This document shows, in pieces, positions 63,691-64,000 of a DNA stretch of 64,000 bases. The stretch is taken from NCBI GenBank assembly GCA_024653775.1, contig JANLHZ010000037.1:1-64000 (forward strand), in the 5' to 3' direction. A program made the translations under genes and the position numbers. The notes beneath the pieces were generated by a model that was not told the DNA's origin, did not search any database, and was given only the letters and a program-made list of their open reading frames with translations. Source of the stretch: Planctomycetota bacterium (GTDB lineage: Bacteria > Planctomycetota > UBA8742 > JACQVU01 > JANLHZ01). Each line of letters begins with the position of its first letter. Positions within the stretch are counted from its first letter, which is position 1.

Positions 63691-64000
63691 ATGGCAATTG
63701 GCAACACGGATCAATTCTATATTTCGCTCGATAGTTTCAGCGACTTCCGGGGAATAATCGACCCAGCGCATTTCCGCGCGGCTCCGGAAAACTGGGTTGT
63801 CGTCGTTACGGACGTGATAAACTCGACAAAAGCGATCGAGGAAGGACGATTTCGAGATGTGAACACAATAGGCGCAGCCGCGATCGCATCCGTTCGAAAC
63901 GCGCTCGAAGGGTTCGAGTTCCCGTTTGTATTCGGCGGAGACGGCGCGACGCTCCTCGTTCCGGACTCTTTCGCCGAAAGGGCGAGACGCGCGCTTGGAG
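63691..64000 (+). CDS. DUF3095 family (nucleotide-cyclase-like) protein, runs off the window end
   Basis: W.VVVTDVINSTKAIEEGRFRDVNTIGA...FPFVFGGDGAT. Start could be upstream (63553 or 63589). Confidence 0.75.
   Translation, partial: MAIGNTDQFYISLDSFSDFRGIIDPAHFRAAPENWVVVVTDVINSTKAIEEGRFRDVNTIGAAAIASVRNALEGFEFPFVFGGDGATLLVPDSFAERARRALG

Noticed and set aside
1..64000. tRNA, rRNA, riboswitch or selenoprotein signals
   Set aside because: None recognised by eye. A covariance-model scan (tRNAscan-SE/Infernal) would be needed to exclude them formally.

Overview
GC-rich bacterial chromosomal window. The VWA/HEAT proteins, FlgT_C-like coiled-coil protein and REP types look Planctomycetota-like, but that taxonomy is inference only. 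Housekeeping genes (thiolase, fadD, phhB, bcp, mutS, aspartate aminotransferase, ybeY, trxB, LeuA-family, murJ) are interleaved with four accessory modules. (1) 4.4-8.6 kb: an uncharacterised KamA-type lysine 2,3-aminomutase + ATP-grasp-GNAT fusion + ATP-grasp ligase operon. (2) 27.4-34.2 kb: a 2245-aa FN3-anchored lipoprotein built of phage-tail-fibre-like repeats. (3) 34.5-47.2 kb: an 8-gene operon with NrfC/NrfD quinol-oxidoreductase subunits, an outer-membrane beta-barrel and five multiheme cytochromes (51 CxxCH plus 4 atypical motifs by hand count). This looks like a complete quinol-to-surface extracellular electron transfer conduit with no catalytic subunit. (4) From about 59.8 kb: a heavy-metal island with a MerR operator, a frameshifted merR, an unannotated 55-aa Cys-rich exported protein and a CopZ-N/MerT/HMA triple fusion. 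Intergenic DNA carries two TAA/TTA-flanked MITE families (186 bp and 113 bp), a ~40-bp palindromic element (6 copies), REP-like hairpins and heptamer tandem repeats, several of which have been absorbed into genes. Two G-homopolymer +1 frameshifts may be assembly errors. No rRNA, tRNA, CRISPR array or transposase was recognised.
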